Positions 1 through 8,910 of a DNA stretch of 32,000 nt are shown piece by piece (positions within the stretch are counted from its first letter, which is position 1; every line of letters starts with the position of its first letter). The position numbers and the translations under genes were made by a program. The notes under the pieces were generated by a model, which was not told the DNA's origin, made no database searches, and saw nothing but the letters and a program-made list of their open reading frames with translations. This DNA is from Candidatus Kuenenia stuttgartensis (GTDB lineage Bacteria; Planctomycetota; Brocadiia; Brocadiales; Brocadiaceae), in NCBI RefSeq assembly GCF_900232105.1, contig NZ_LT934425.1, positions 3,360,001 through 3,392,000 on the forward strand, read 5' to 3'.

Positions 1-29
1 AAAATAAAACATTTCTTGGATTAAAAATT

Positions 30-263
30 ATGAAACACCACAAGGTCGAACCAATATTTGCTGTTTGCATTAACAACAAAGACTATGAAGTATCGCTGGA
101 ATTGAGAAAAATTTACAAAGTTCTCCATGACGCTAAAGCGGCCGAACATCACTATATAAGAGTCATAGATGAATCAGGAGATGACTACCTATATCCTGAA
201 GATTATTTTATTCCGATTGAGTTGCCCAAGGCTGTAGAAAAAGCGCTGCTGCTGGTATCTTAA
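30..263 (+). CDS. small hypothetical protein (77 aa), no recognisable domain
   Basis: Intact ATG ORF with non-repetitive composition and an acidic C-terminal half (IRVIDESGDDYLYPEDYF). Co-directional with a HigA-type gene 111 nt downstream. No RelE/HigB-like motifs seen. Confidence 0.5.
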   Translation: MKHHKVEPIFAVCINNKDYEVSLELRKIYKVLHDAKAAEHHYIRVIDESGDDYLYPEDYFIPIELPKAVEKALLLVS

Positions 264-326
264 TCGTATCTGAAATATCACCCGGCAAGGAGGGGTTAGA
301 GTGACCAATCTTTATCGTTGGCGAAC

Positions 327-374
327 GATGTCATTTTGAAACTGTTCCATGACCCCGTTTTGAGGAGAAAATCT
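327..374 (+). repeat. relic of a GT4 glycosyltransferase 3' region; inverted copy of 1318..1366
   Basis: gatgtcattttgaaactgttccatgaccccgt (327..358) matches the reverse complement of 1335..1366 at 31/32 positions. Weaker similarity continues to 374. It translates to DVILKLFHDPVLR, the same peptide found in the GT at 1229..2374. Confidence 0.8.
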
Positions 375-680
375 ATGGAAAAGAAGAGATTACAGTCGGT
401 TCACCCCGGAGAGGTTCTTTTGGAGGAATTTCTCAAACCTATGGGCTTGAGTCAAAACAGAGTTGCACTTAATATCGGTGTTCCTCCCCGGAGAATCAAC
501 GAGATTGTACTTCAAAAAAGACGGATAACCGCGGATACTGCTCTCAGACTGGCTCGTTTTTTTGGTACTTCCCCTGAGTTTTGGCTTGGATTACAGGCAC
601 AGTACGATTTGGATGTTACTTCTGACGAACTTGGCGAACGCCTCGAACGCGAAGTAAAAGAGTATACAAAGATTGTATAA
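375..680 (+). CDS. higA: HigA-family antitoxin / XRE-type HTH protein
   Basis: The sequence HPGEVLLEEFLKPMGLSQNRVALNIGVPPRRINEIVLQKRRITADTALRLARFFGTSPEFWLGLQAQYDL is the classic HigA antidote pattern. ATG at 375 is preceded by GAGGAG (362..367). The tracked TTG start at 318 only adds the GT relic peptide. Confidence 0.8.
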   Translation: MEKKRLQSVHPGEVLLEEFLKPMGLSQNRVALNIGVPPRRINEIVLQKRRITADTALRLARFFGTSPEFWLGLQAQYDLDVTSDELGERLEREVKEYTKIV

Positions 681-716
681 ATTAATATCATGCGAAGAGC
701 ATTTCTCCTTGAATTA

Positions 717-956
717 TTATGATAAAAGTCTTTCTATTTCATCATCGGTAAAACCAAATTGTCGGAAAATACGAAGCACATACGGGGGAGAAAGTTCCCC
801 TGCTCCCATATCAATAGGAACAACCCTTTTCTTGCCTTGACAATAGCGAACATATATTCGATGATCTCCTTTGCCCTCCCTGTGAAACATACAGCCTCCA
901 CGTTTTAATAGGCGAATTAATTCTTTTGGCTTGAGAGAAGGAACATTTTTAGGCAT
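717..956 (-). CDS. hicA: HicA-family mRNA interferase toxin
   Basis: 79 aa. KELIRLLKRGGCMFHREGKGDHRIY resembles the HicA (YcfA-like) dsRBD-fold motif. It overlaps the upstream hicB by 8 nt. Confidence 0.75.
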   Translation of the reverse strand: MPKNVPSLKPKELIRLLKRGGCMFHREGKGDHRIYVRYCQGKKRVVPIDMGAGELSPPYVLRIFRQFGFTDDEIERLLS

Positions 957-1215
957 GTACAGCCCTTAATTCGTATGTTTCTGTGGTTGGTTCTACCCCT
1001 TCAACAGTTAAAAATTCGTGGAGTTCTTTAACAGATAATGGTGAAGTATAGATGTCGTTCTCTGTTTTGTGTACGGCATCAAAAGAATCAATGGCCTCTT
1101 TAAGTTTTTCAATCGCCTCTTCTTTTGTAATCCCCTGCCCTACAATACCATTTTCCAAACATAAAGCTACCCAATAGTTTCTACTCTTTCGTAACACCAT
1201 TGTATAAAATTCCAT
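949..1215 (-). CDS. hicB: HicB-family antitoxin (UPF0150-like)
   Basis: 88 aa. The N-terminal pattern YWVALCLENGIVGQGITKEEAIEKLKEAI is typical of the HicB partial RNase-H fold. It is translationally coupled to hicA. Confidence 0.7.
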   Translation of the reverse strand: MEFYTMVLRKSRNYWVALCLENGIVGQGITKEEAIEKLKEAIDSFDAVHKTENDIYTSPLSVKELHEFLTVEGVEPTTETYELRAVHA

Positions 1216-1228
1216 TCCTTTATTCTCC

Positions 1229-2374
1229 TTAAGTAAGCATAGACGAATATAGCGCTACATGCTGAAGTCCGATATTATCCCAGGAAAAACACTTTCCCAA
1301 CTCCATGGCGTTATCTGAGATTTTATTTCTCAGGACGGGGTCATGGAACAGTTTTAAAATGACATCGGACATGGCCTGATAATCGCCGATTGGCGTTAAA
1401 ATTACATTTTCCCAATTTTTTAATACCTCCGGGACATTTTCACCTATAGTGGTTACTACGGGGAGACCATGCCGAAGCGCAGTGAGAAATGTTCCCCGCC
1501 GCAAAGAGACTCCATCCTTAAATGGCAGAACGCAGGCCGTTGCATTCGTAAAATAAACAGATACCTGTTCAGGGGTACAATAGCCGGTAACCGTTATTGC
1601 ATGTTCAATGCCTAACTCTTTCATAACATGATGATCATCATCCGAAAGATAGGTTATCATTACCAATTTACATTTAACCCCATGTATGAGCAATTGTTTA
1701 AATGCATGGAATAAAGTAATAACGTCTTTTGACTTTGTGGCAAAACCAAAATAAACGATGTACGGTATTTCTGCTATGCGCCTGCTTGAAACAATGTTAG
1801 GAACCGGCTCAATGTTGGCGCCAATCGGGATGACCGTATATCGTCCTTTAAGCCAGGGAAACCACTTTAAAACGGCTGATGCTTCACGCTTGTCAGGGAA
1901 TATAATCTTATTTGAAAGGAGCAAGAAAAAGATCATTCCAATCTTGCGAAACTTATGTGCAATGCTAAATTCATGGATTGTAGCTATTCTACATAATTTG
2001 GGAAAGATCGCCCAACAAATAAGGGGAAGAAAATTGGGCAACAGAAACCGCCGATATTCCCGCGTAGGATACTGGATATGGATGATGTCCGGTTTCATTG
2101 CCTTCAGGAATCGAACAAATCGAAATGTATTATACAATTGCCAGGATTTAACGACTTTGCATACAGTTATTGAAGGCTGAGGGGGCTTGATTTCAGGCAG
2201 ATCAGTTGTCAGTACAGAAACGTGTATCCCTTGTCTGGCTAACTCCTGCGACAATCTTGCGGTATAATCGCCTACACCGCATGGCGCATCAGGAAAGCTT
2301 CCGGTGATCATAGCCACTTTGTAAGCCTTGGATTTTGTAGCAGATGTATGAGAATTATTTACCACTAAAGACAT
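1229..2374 (-). CDS. GT-B fold glycosyltransferase (GT4-like)
   Basis: N-terminus KVAMITGSFPDAPCGVGDYTARLSQELARQGIHV. C-terminal half has LPFKDGVSLRRGTFLTALRHGLPVVTT, in the position of the E-x7-E region. Confidence 0.8.
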   Translation of the reverse strand: MSLVVNNSHTSATKSKAYKVAMITGSFPDAPCGVGDYTARLSQELARQGIHVSVLTTDLPEIKPPQPSITVCKVVKSWQLYNTFRFVRFLKAMKPDIIHIQYPTREYRRFLLPNFLPLICWAIFPKLCRIATIHEFSIAHKFRKIGMIFFLLLSNKIIFPDKREASAVLKWFPWLKGRYTVIPIGANIEPVPNIVSSRRIAEIPYIVYFGFATKSKDVITLFHAFKQLLIHGVKCKLVMITYLSDDDHHVMKELGIEHAITVTGYCTPEQVSVYFTNATACVLPFKDGVSLRRGTFLTALRHGLPVVTTIGENVPEVLKNWENVILTPIGDYQAMSDVILKLFHDPVLRNKISDNAMELGKCFSWDNIGLQHVALYSSMLT

Positions 2375-2401
2375 AGCTATTCCTGTAAATCTGTTTATAA
2401 C

Positions 2402-3409
2402 TTAAAAACATAATTTTAATACCTTTCCGTAGCCGGATAGTTTTTCCGCTGCCGTTTTTGCATTTGCAGGGTACAGTGTCAGCCAAAGAATAATGCGAAG
2501 CAGTGATCTTGAGAATAGTATCATCTTCAGAAAAATCAACTGGTGTGGCATGTGTTTTCTGAAATAATAAAAGAGGCTTTTGTGATAGTGGATGATTTTT
2601 TCTGCATTATAAAGTTCAGGGCTGCTTGCCCCGCCAAAGTGTATGAGTCTGGCCCCGGGCAGAAGGTATATCTCATACCCGGCATTTCTCAGCCGTAGGC
2701 ACAGGTCTGTTTCTTCAAAAAAGAGGAAATAATTGCTGTCAAAATTTCCCGCTCTATCGAGTGCTTCTCTGCGTACAAAGAGGCACGACCCCATAGTCCA
2801 GTCAACCTTCAATACTTTTGAACGGTCGATATGGCTCATCTTATGCAACCCAAAAAAACGGCTGTTTGGGAAGAGACGATCAAGGAAAAATGATTCACTC
2901 AGAATATTTTTAAGATTGGGAAAGGTATTGCCGCTCAACTGGAGTGTTCCGTCAGGATTAAGTAGCGTGGGGCCAATTGCACCTGCTTCCTGATGTTTTT
3001 CCATGAATGCCAACAGGCTTTTCGTCATGCCTGGAATCACTTCTGTATCGGGGTTTAAAAAGAGGACATACTCAGAGCATGATTTTTGCAGCGCCGTGTT
3101 GCACGCCTGCGCAAAACCATTATTGGTTTTGTTTTCGATAAGAATTATCTCCGGAAATTGTGTTTTGATATACGATACGGTTTGGTCGGAGGATGCATTG
3201 TCCACGATGATGATTGAATGAGAAAAAGCGCTGAGATCGCTTTTAAGGCTTTTCAGGCAATTAGCTATCCATGAATACGCATTCCACGTTACGATAATAA
3301 CAGAGATTTTACCTGTATGCTGTTGTTCAGGAGTAATATCTTTTTCCATAGAGATTGTTGACCAATAAGGGGCGAGGTGTGACGGATTATTTTTCAGTGA
3401 TAGTATCAT
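2402..3409 (-). CDS. GT-A fold glycosyltransferase (GT2 family)
   Basis: ISVIIVTWNA...IIIVDNASSDQT...NNGFAQACN...YVLFLNPDTEV are the GT2 core motifs. An alternative ATG at 3349 would remove the 23-nt overlap with the upstream gene. Confidence 0.8.
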   Translation of the reverse strand: MILSLKNNPSHLAPYWSTISMEKDITPEQQHTGKISVIIVTWNAYSWIANCLKSLKSDLSAFSHSIIIVDNASSDQTVSYIKTQFPEIILIENKTNNGFAQACNTALQKSCSEYVLFLNPDTEVIPGMTKSLLAFMEKHQEAGAIGPTLLNPDGTLQLSGNTFPNLKNILSESFFLDRLFPNSRFFGLHKMSHIDRSKVLKVDWTMGSCLFVRREALDRAGNFDSNYFLFFEETDLCLRLRNAGYEIYLLPGARLIHFGGASSPELYNAEKIIHYHKSLFYYFRKHMPHQLIFLKMILFSRSLLRIILWLTLYPANAKTAAEKLSGYGKVLKLCF

Positions 3410-4262
3410 AGCCTAGTTTTTTCATGATATCTTCTTCCTTTATGTGCCGGTAAATTTCCAGTAGGGCGCTGTCCTTTATAAAGGTAAATTTATTCCCGGA
3501 TAACACGTTTTTTGAAACGGCATTTATTAATGGAGCATCAGCGGTCAGGCCGATAAAGCGTACAATTTTGCCAAGGGTGTCCGCCGGATTGTCCAGAAAT
3601 GTTTCATATCGTACATGGAGTATGTTTCCATTCCATTCCTCTTCTAAGGAAAGCGCTTTTTGTACATAAACCCTCCACAATTGAATCCCTTCATAAATAT
3701 TCTGAAGCCTTACGGAGTCCTGGTAGAAAGCCTTTCCTAATACCAAACGTTCTTTAAAAAAACACTTCCAGTTATGCTTAAAATTATTTTGAATCTCAAT
3801 TTCTCTTTTTCTTGCGCTGTTTGCAACGTCAAGGGGATTTCTGTAAATATGCAATAGCTTTGGATGGGGGAAGATATCTTTCCAGATATCAATGGTAAAG
3901 GTGTTTCTTGGGTCTTTCCATCCCCATGGAAAATCAATATGCCGGATGTCGCCATAGCGCAAAAATTTTCCAAAACCTAAATATTCAAACCTTCGCATAC
4001 CCTTCAGGTGCTGCTTTAGCACGTGAAGAACCCTCTCCTTAAAGACGGCATTTATAAAGGTGAAATTATGCGGATTATCCCATGTGGCATTTGCCTGGCG
4101 CAGCAGCCAGTCGTTTAATTTGAAAAAGAACAAAGATTCATCATTTTCCTGTTTTTTTGCGCCGATAAATAGTCCCAGTTGTTCCAGCAGTGAAGCAAGC
4201 ATTGTGGTGCCGGAACGGTGCATACCCATGATTATTACTGGTTGAAGAGCGGTTTTATTCAT
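3387..4262 (-). CDS. sulfotransferase
   Basis: 5'-PSB P-loop-like motif GMHRSGTTML at the N-terminus. 3'-PB-like motif IYRNPLDVANS. Confidence 0.8.
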   Translation of the reverse strand: MNKTALQPVIIMGMHRSGTTMLASLLEQLGLFIGAKKQENDESLFFFKLNDWLLRQANATWDNPHNFTFINAVFKERVLHVLKQHLKGMRRFEYLGFGKFLRYGDIRHIDFPWGWKDPRNTFTIDIWKDIFPHPKLLHIYRNPLDVANSARKREIEIQNNFKHNWKCFFKERLVLGKAFYQDSVRLQNIYEGIQLWRVYVQKALSLEEEWNGNILHVRYETFLDNPADTLGKIVRFIGLTADAPLINAVSKNVLSGNKFTFIKDSALLEIYRHIKEEDIMKKLGYDTITEK

Positions 4263-5263
4263 TATTTTAATTTCAATACTTTTTCAAACACCAACAAATG
4301 TTCTTTTGCGCTTTTTTGCCATGAAAAATGTTGCGCGTGGTCCAAGCCCTTTTTTCTTAATGCATCTTGTAAGGAAACATCTTCTCTCAAACGCTGCATT
4401 GCGTGAGTAATATCATGTTCTGAACGCGGATTTACGAGAAGGGCGGCGTCGTTTGCTATTTCGGCGCATGCAGTGGCGTTTGATGTTATTACCGGACAGC
4501 CGCATGCCATTGCCTCTAAAACAGGCATGCCGAATGTTTCATGCAGAGAAGGGAATATAAATCCAATTGACCCTCTGTACCATTTTGCCAATTCATGGGG
4601 AGAGCACTTTTCCTGAATATGCCTTATTCCTTTAACGCGGATGGTTTTTGTGTATCCGGGCGCTATCATGATAAGTTCCGGCTTTCTGTTATTTGAAAGA
4701 TTTTCATATGCACGGATAATCCTGTCAACATTTTTTTTTGGACTATATTGTGAGACATGGAGAAAATAGGGTTCTGATACCTTTGCAATGTCGCCATTCT
4801 GGTGAAACGTCTCATGATCGACGCCATGGTAGATAGGGTGTATCTTTCCGCGAGGAAGCGCAAAGACATGCGACACTTCCCGTACGGCAAATTCTGAAAC
4901 GGTAATGATTGCGGAGGTCTTTTCCCGAAACCATTTCCACGCGGATAATGTTATACGGTTTTTCAATTTGCATCTTATTACCTGCAAAAAAGAGGTGTTA
5001 ATTTCATTCCATTTCATGGTAAACAGCGCCGCCCCGTGAACGGTTGCAACAATTGTTGTGCGCGAGTTTTTATATATATCAGGCGGAGTATGGTTTCCCG
5101 CCAGGCCAGGTTCCCAGATGATATCGCAATTTTCAGGGGCAGGGCCGGATTCCGTAAAGGGAGTGATCTCTACGCCAAGGATTGATAACTCCCTCCTGAT
5201 ACTTTCGCGGTATGTTTCCAGACTAAAAGGGATTTTATGGCGGGTAAGGACGGATATTTTCAT
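4262..5263 (-). CDS. GT-B fold glycosyltransferase (GT4 / Glycos_transf_1-like)
   Basis: PSLHETFGMPVLEAMACGCPVITSN is the classic GT4 C-terminal motif. Its stop overlaps the downstream sulfotransferase start by 1 nt. Confidence 0.85.
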   Translation of the reverse strand: MKISVLTRHKIPFSLETYRESIRRELSILGVEITPFTESGPAPENCDIIWEPGLAGNHTPPDIYKNSRTTIVATVHGAALFTMKWNEINTSFLQVIRCKLKNRITLSAWKWFREKTSAIITVSEFAVREVSHVFALPRGKIHPIYHGVDHETFHQNGDIAKVSEPYFLHVSQYSPKKNVDRIIRAYENLSNNRKPELIMIAPGYTKTIRVKGIRHIQEKCSPHELAKWYRGSIGFIFPSLHETFGMPVLEAMACGCPVITSNATACAEIANDAALLVNPRSEHDITHAMQRLREDVSLQDALRKKGLDHAQHFSWQKSAKEHLLVFEKVLKLK

Positions 5264-5278
5264 TTAATTCGCAAATGA

Positions 5279-6175
5279 TTAATGTGCACACCAATAGTTT
5301 AAATCTCTTCCCAGCATATCGCTCAACTGTTTGATTTCAGGTTTAAATTCATCCTGCAATCTCTTTCGTAATTCCGGTCTCATGGGAATACGGGATTCGT
5401 ACCGGATATTGAAATTCCACATGCCCTTTCTCATTCTGCTGCGAATTGCGTGGGGTATTAATCTTCTTGACATATTCAGTAAAAAGGGAGGGGGGTTTTG
5501 CAGTAAATTTCTTAAAAAAACGCTTTTTGCGCGTTTGTTTGGGTTAATCAATTTTGTATCATTGCTGATATCTTCATTCACCCCCAAAAAGCGGAAGGTA
5601 TCCTGTAAGGATGTTTGGGGATTATTCTTTATATCGTCAAAAATAATGAATTGAATGGCTTTCTTATCAAATATTTCAAAATATCGTTTTATCTGTTGCG
5701 TGTATTTTGCCGTTTCACGATATAAAAGACCTTCCACAGGATAAGCGTTTTTCGGTAAGAATAACCCTTTTTTCCTCAAATCCTCTTTTCTAAGGGCATC
5801 TTCAAAATCAATAATATCCTCGCATCCATTATACAGGTATTGACTGTGTAAGGAGTATATCATATCGACGGGATTTCTAAGCATAATGATAATTTGCGCC
5901 GAAGGGTAAAAAGCCTTTATCTCACGCGCCGCCTGTTTTGAATAAAGATACCATACGGACGCCTCTCCTATTCTCCTTTCATTTTCCGCGTTTTGAAAAA
6001 AAGACAGATAGGTTGTTGTGTCTCTGACAAAATCAGGATGATATATATCCGTCCCGAAATGATGCAATTCCTTTCTCTCCGGCATGAAGATTTCAGGGTG
6101 GTTTTTAAGGTGGCTATATAAAAATGTCGTCCCGCATTTTGGTGCGCCCACGATAAAAAAATCAGGTTGTTTCAT
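5279..6175 (-). CDS. sulfotransferase (Sulfotransfer_1-like)
   Basis: FFIVGAPKCGTTFLYSHL (5'-PSB) and IIMLRNPVDMIYSLHS (3'-PB). Confidence 0.85.
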   Translation of the reverse strand: MKQPDFFIVGAPKCGTTFLYSHLKNHPEIFMPERKELHHFGTDIYHPDFVRDTTTYLSFFQNAENERRIGEASVWYLYSKQAAREIKAFYPSAQIIIMLRNPVDMIYSLHSQYLYNGCEDIIDFEDALRKEDLRKKGLFLPKNAYPVEGLLYRETAKYTQQIKRYFEIFDKKAIQFIIFDDIKNNPQTSLQDTFRFLGVNEDISNDTKLINPNKRAKSVFLRNLLQNPPPFLLNMSRRLIPHAIRSRMRKGMWNFNIRYESRIPMRPELRKRLQDEFKPEIKQLSDMLGRDLNYWCAH

Positions 6176-6190
6176 AATGAATAAAGGCTT

Positions 6191-8044
6191 TTAAAAATCA
6201 TCATCGTCCAGGTCGTCATCAAGGTCGAAGTCATCGGCTCCTTTTTCAGTGGTTCTGTTATATTCCGGCATTTGTATTTCTTTGATGGCGTCCTGATTCC
6301 TTCTAAACCATTCTATTGACCCCAAACCTATAATTTCGCCATGCCCCATTGCCGCTATAACCTCTTCCCCGTAATTGCCTGCAGCGACATAGTCTTCAAA
6401 GAAGACGATTGTTGTTATTTTATCGGAACAGTGGTTAAGCATATAATTTCCTGCGCTATCCGGCAAGGTTCTTAACCCCTTTTCCGCAATCATTATCCAC
6501 TGACAATTTGATTGCAGCGCATTAAGTAATGCCAGCGAAAATTTCAGGCACGGGTCTATCCTTCTCCAAATATCAGGCGATAAAGATGTATCCAAGTTGT
6601 CAGGCATCTGTGCGTTGTATTTATCCCACAGGCCCATTTTTGTTAAATCTTTTTGTAAATTATCGGTGGTGTATTTTTCTGAGAAACCCAGGGATTCCCG
6701 TAAAGAACGGTTCGGGAGAAATTCATAATCCGCAGTTACAAACCACATGGATTCAAGGGCGGTTTTTGTCTTCTCCACAGAATGCCCGAGTATGCAATCG
6801 GTCAAAAATCCCAATGTATAACGATTTAATGTAACTGTGCTCAGGAGTCCCATACGGCTTCCTGCCTTTAGCTCCCCGTATTCAAGAGAACCTTCTATTG
6901 CAGGATGAGTAGTTGTTGGGACAATGATATAGCTTGCCGGTGGAACTGCCCCTGTCTTTGGGGTAATGACTGTAGCGCAGAGAAACTGGAAATATCTTCT
7001 GATTTGCGGATAAAGGCGGTTGATACCGGTTGCCTTTCTGTTTACCTGCCGCATATTTGTCAACATAAAGCGCAGCGCTATTAAATAGACAATTAATTCG
7101 CCCCACCCTTTGCCTTCAGAAATAATAGATCTGCCCATGATGAGCAATATTAAAAAAATCGCCAGTGCGAAGACAATGTTGCTGATTAACTGGCTATACT
7201 CCAGGGATCTCAACCTTCCCTCATAGGCATCGTGAAATTTCTTTATTGCCCCGGAGGAAAAAAGGGTTTTCCCCAGCCATTGTTCGTTTTCATGCGCTGA
7301 GACGTGCAATGTCTTTTGCCGCTGAATAATTTTTAAATATTCCCTGCTTGTTCCTTTTGCGAATTTTTCCAGTGATGACGAATTTCTCGCCGCATAAACA
7401 CTTACTTTATAAAGAAATATGGCAGAAATGCCCATAAGGGTAAAGTTTAAAAGTGTTAAAAGCGTGTTGATGTATAATAATGTAGCAATGGCGACCATGA
7501 AAGTGACCAAAGGTATGATCGTATCAAGTATCATCCATAATGCCCTGCTGCAGAACCTTGAATCCCTTCTTGCCAGCCGCACGATAATTTTGTCGTTGCT
7601 GAAATCCTGCTCAAGGGATGTTCCGATTTTAAAGCCTGAGCCGAAGTGCAGAAATATTCTCTTTGTACAAAATTCTTCGTATTTTCTCCTTAGTTTTAAG
7701 CCATTAGAGTTTGAAAAATAAATAGCCCATGCGGCGATCAACAGCGAGAACAGGATTGATAATCCGCATAAAATAAGAAATACATTAGATGTTCGTGCAT
7801 TGAATTCATAGTGGAGGAGTTTTATGGTGCTGCCGCTTTGCATAGCCTTGGCGTAATAAATTGCAAGGCCAATAGTCCATACCTGAAATGATACCCCGAT
7901 AAAATTGGTAAAAAGGATGAGGAATGATTCTTTCCTGAACCGCCAGATAGAATCTCCTATTAGCCATTTAAGCACCAAACGGTACTGATCGAAGGTTTTC
8001 ATAAAACCGTCGTATCGTGTCTTTAAAAAGCAGTAGATGTTCAT
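6191..8044 (-). CDS. ABC type-I-exporter-like membrane protein with degenerate nucleotide-binding domain and poly-acidic C-terminus
   Basis: The N-terminal half has about 6 hydrophobic helices. The C-terminal half aligns by eye to an ABC NBD, but Walker A is STVTLNRYT, the signature is LSPDI, Walker B is WIMIAE, and no H-loop His is present (FFEDY). It ends GADDFDLDDDLDDDDF. Confidence 0.6.
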   Translation of the reverse strand: MNIYCFLKTRYDGFMKTFDQYRLVLKWLIGDSIWRFRKESFLILFTNFIGVSFQVWTIGLAIYYAKAMQSGSTIKLLHYEFNARTSNVFLILCGLSILFSLLIAAWAIYFSNSNGLKLRRKYEEFCTKRIFLHFGSGFKIGTSLEQDFSNDKIIVRLARRDSRFCSRALWMILDTIIPLVTFMVAIATLLYINTLLTLLNFTLMGISAIFLYKVSVYAARNSSSLEKFAKGTSREYLKIIQRQKTLHVSAHENEQWLGKTLFSSGAIKKFHDAYEGRLRSLEYSQLISNIVFALAIFLILLIMGRSIISEGKGWGELIVYLIALRFMLTNMRQVNRKATGINRLYPQIRRYFQFLCATVITPKTGAVPPASYIIVPTTTHPAIEGSLEYGELKAGSRMGLLSTVTLNRYTLGFLTDCILGHSVEKTKTALESMWFVTADYEFLPNRSLRESLGFSEKYTTDNLQKDLTKMGLWDKYNAQMPDNLDTSLSPDIWRRIDPCLKFSLALLNALQSNCQWIMIAEKGLRTLPDSAGNYMLNHCSDKITTIVFFEDYVAAGNYGEEVIAAMGHGEIIGLGSIEWFRRNQDAIKEIQMPEYNRTTEKGADDFDLDDDLDDDDF

Positions 8045-8096
8045 AGTGTAATTGAATTAAGGAATGCAGAGAAAATGGTGAAAGGGGGAGGGCGTT

Positions 8097-8882
8097 TTAT
8101 TTTTTATATCCCCAGAAATCGCAGTAGTGCGGCATTAAGTCGATAATTTTGGTTGCCTCGGCAACTAACCTTTTATCCGGCTCCTGCTGCCAGCGATGTA
8201 CCCTTTTGTCAGTGATGATGTTGCCATGCAGTTCATATTCATCCTTCCGTTTAACGTTTGCCGCATTAAAACTCCCGATGTCTCCGGTATCTGGGATTTC
8301 ACTTTCCAGGAAGGTCTTTATTTTTTGATATATTTCTGTATTTGTACATAATTCTTCATATTTTACCTTTATGCAGTTTGCCTGTTCAGCCATTTCCAAT
8401 TGTCTGTTAAACTCATTGTTAAGGTGTGTCGATAATGTTTCCGGCGTTAATTCTTTTTTCCAGCTTCCCTTCCCCTGTTTTTTCCGGTAATAAAGGGAAA
8501 CATATATATCCCGTGGGTCTCTTGCCGTCAGGATAAACCGTATATCTTCAAATACCCGATAATAATTTTGCCAGCCGCGGTGATGGATTTCTTTTACTCC
8601 CAACTGATGGATGTGAGGGGCAAGGTTTGGCATTATTTGGCTTTTCAAGGCATTGATAAGGGAATTATCTTCTTCATCCATATATTTTTGTTTAAATGCC
8701 TTGAGATCAATCCCCAATTGTAAAAACAATGTATAATCATTTTCCTGTATGCGGAATTTGTTTTTCCCCAAATTCGGTTCCCGAAGAATAAAAGAATAAG
8801 GCAGCATGGTTAATGCCTCGCTGAGTACAGTGCCGCCTGTTCTTCTTAGTGAGGCGATGTAAATAAAGGGTTTTTTTTGCAT
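8097..8882 (-). CDS. sulfotransferase-family protein
   Basis: IYIASLRRTGGTVLSEAL (5'-PSB-like) and ILTARDPRDIYVSLY (3'-PB-like). Confidence 0.7.
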   Translation of the reverse strand: MQKKPFIYIASLRRTGGTVLSEALTMLPYSFILREPNLGKNKFRIQENDYTLFLQLGIDLKAFKQKYMDEEDNSLINALKSQIMPNLAPHIHQLGVKEIHHRGWQNYYRVFEDIRFILTARDPRDIYVSLYYRKKQGKGSWKKELTPETLSTHLNNEFNRQLEMAEQANCIKVKYEELCTNTEIYQKIKTFLESEIPDTGDIGSFNAANVKRKDEYELHGNIITDKRVHRWQQEPDKRLVAEATKIIDLMPHYCDFWGYKK

Positions 8883-8910
8883 AAAATTATATCTTTCTGG
8901 GTAACAGTTT

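Noticed and set aside
301-339. 12-codon GTG mini-ORF preceded by AAGGAGG
   Set aside because: The SD-like sequence is strong, but the ORF is tiny, sits in the rearranged GT-relic region and has no supporting features. It cannot be evaluated without ribosome profiling.
318-374. TTG-initiated N-terminal extension of HigA (MANDVILKLFHDPVLRRKS)
   Set aside because: The extension is the relic of the GT 3' end. ATG 375 has its own GAGGAG SD, and HigA homology starts there.
1758-2180. 140-aa plus-strand ORF
   Set aside because: It is entirely antisense to the well-supported GT4 gene. It has no recognisable motifs and a composition typical of a shadow ORF.
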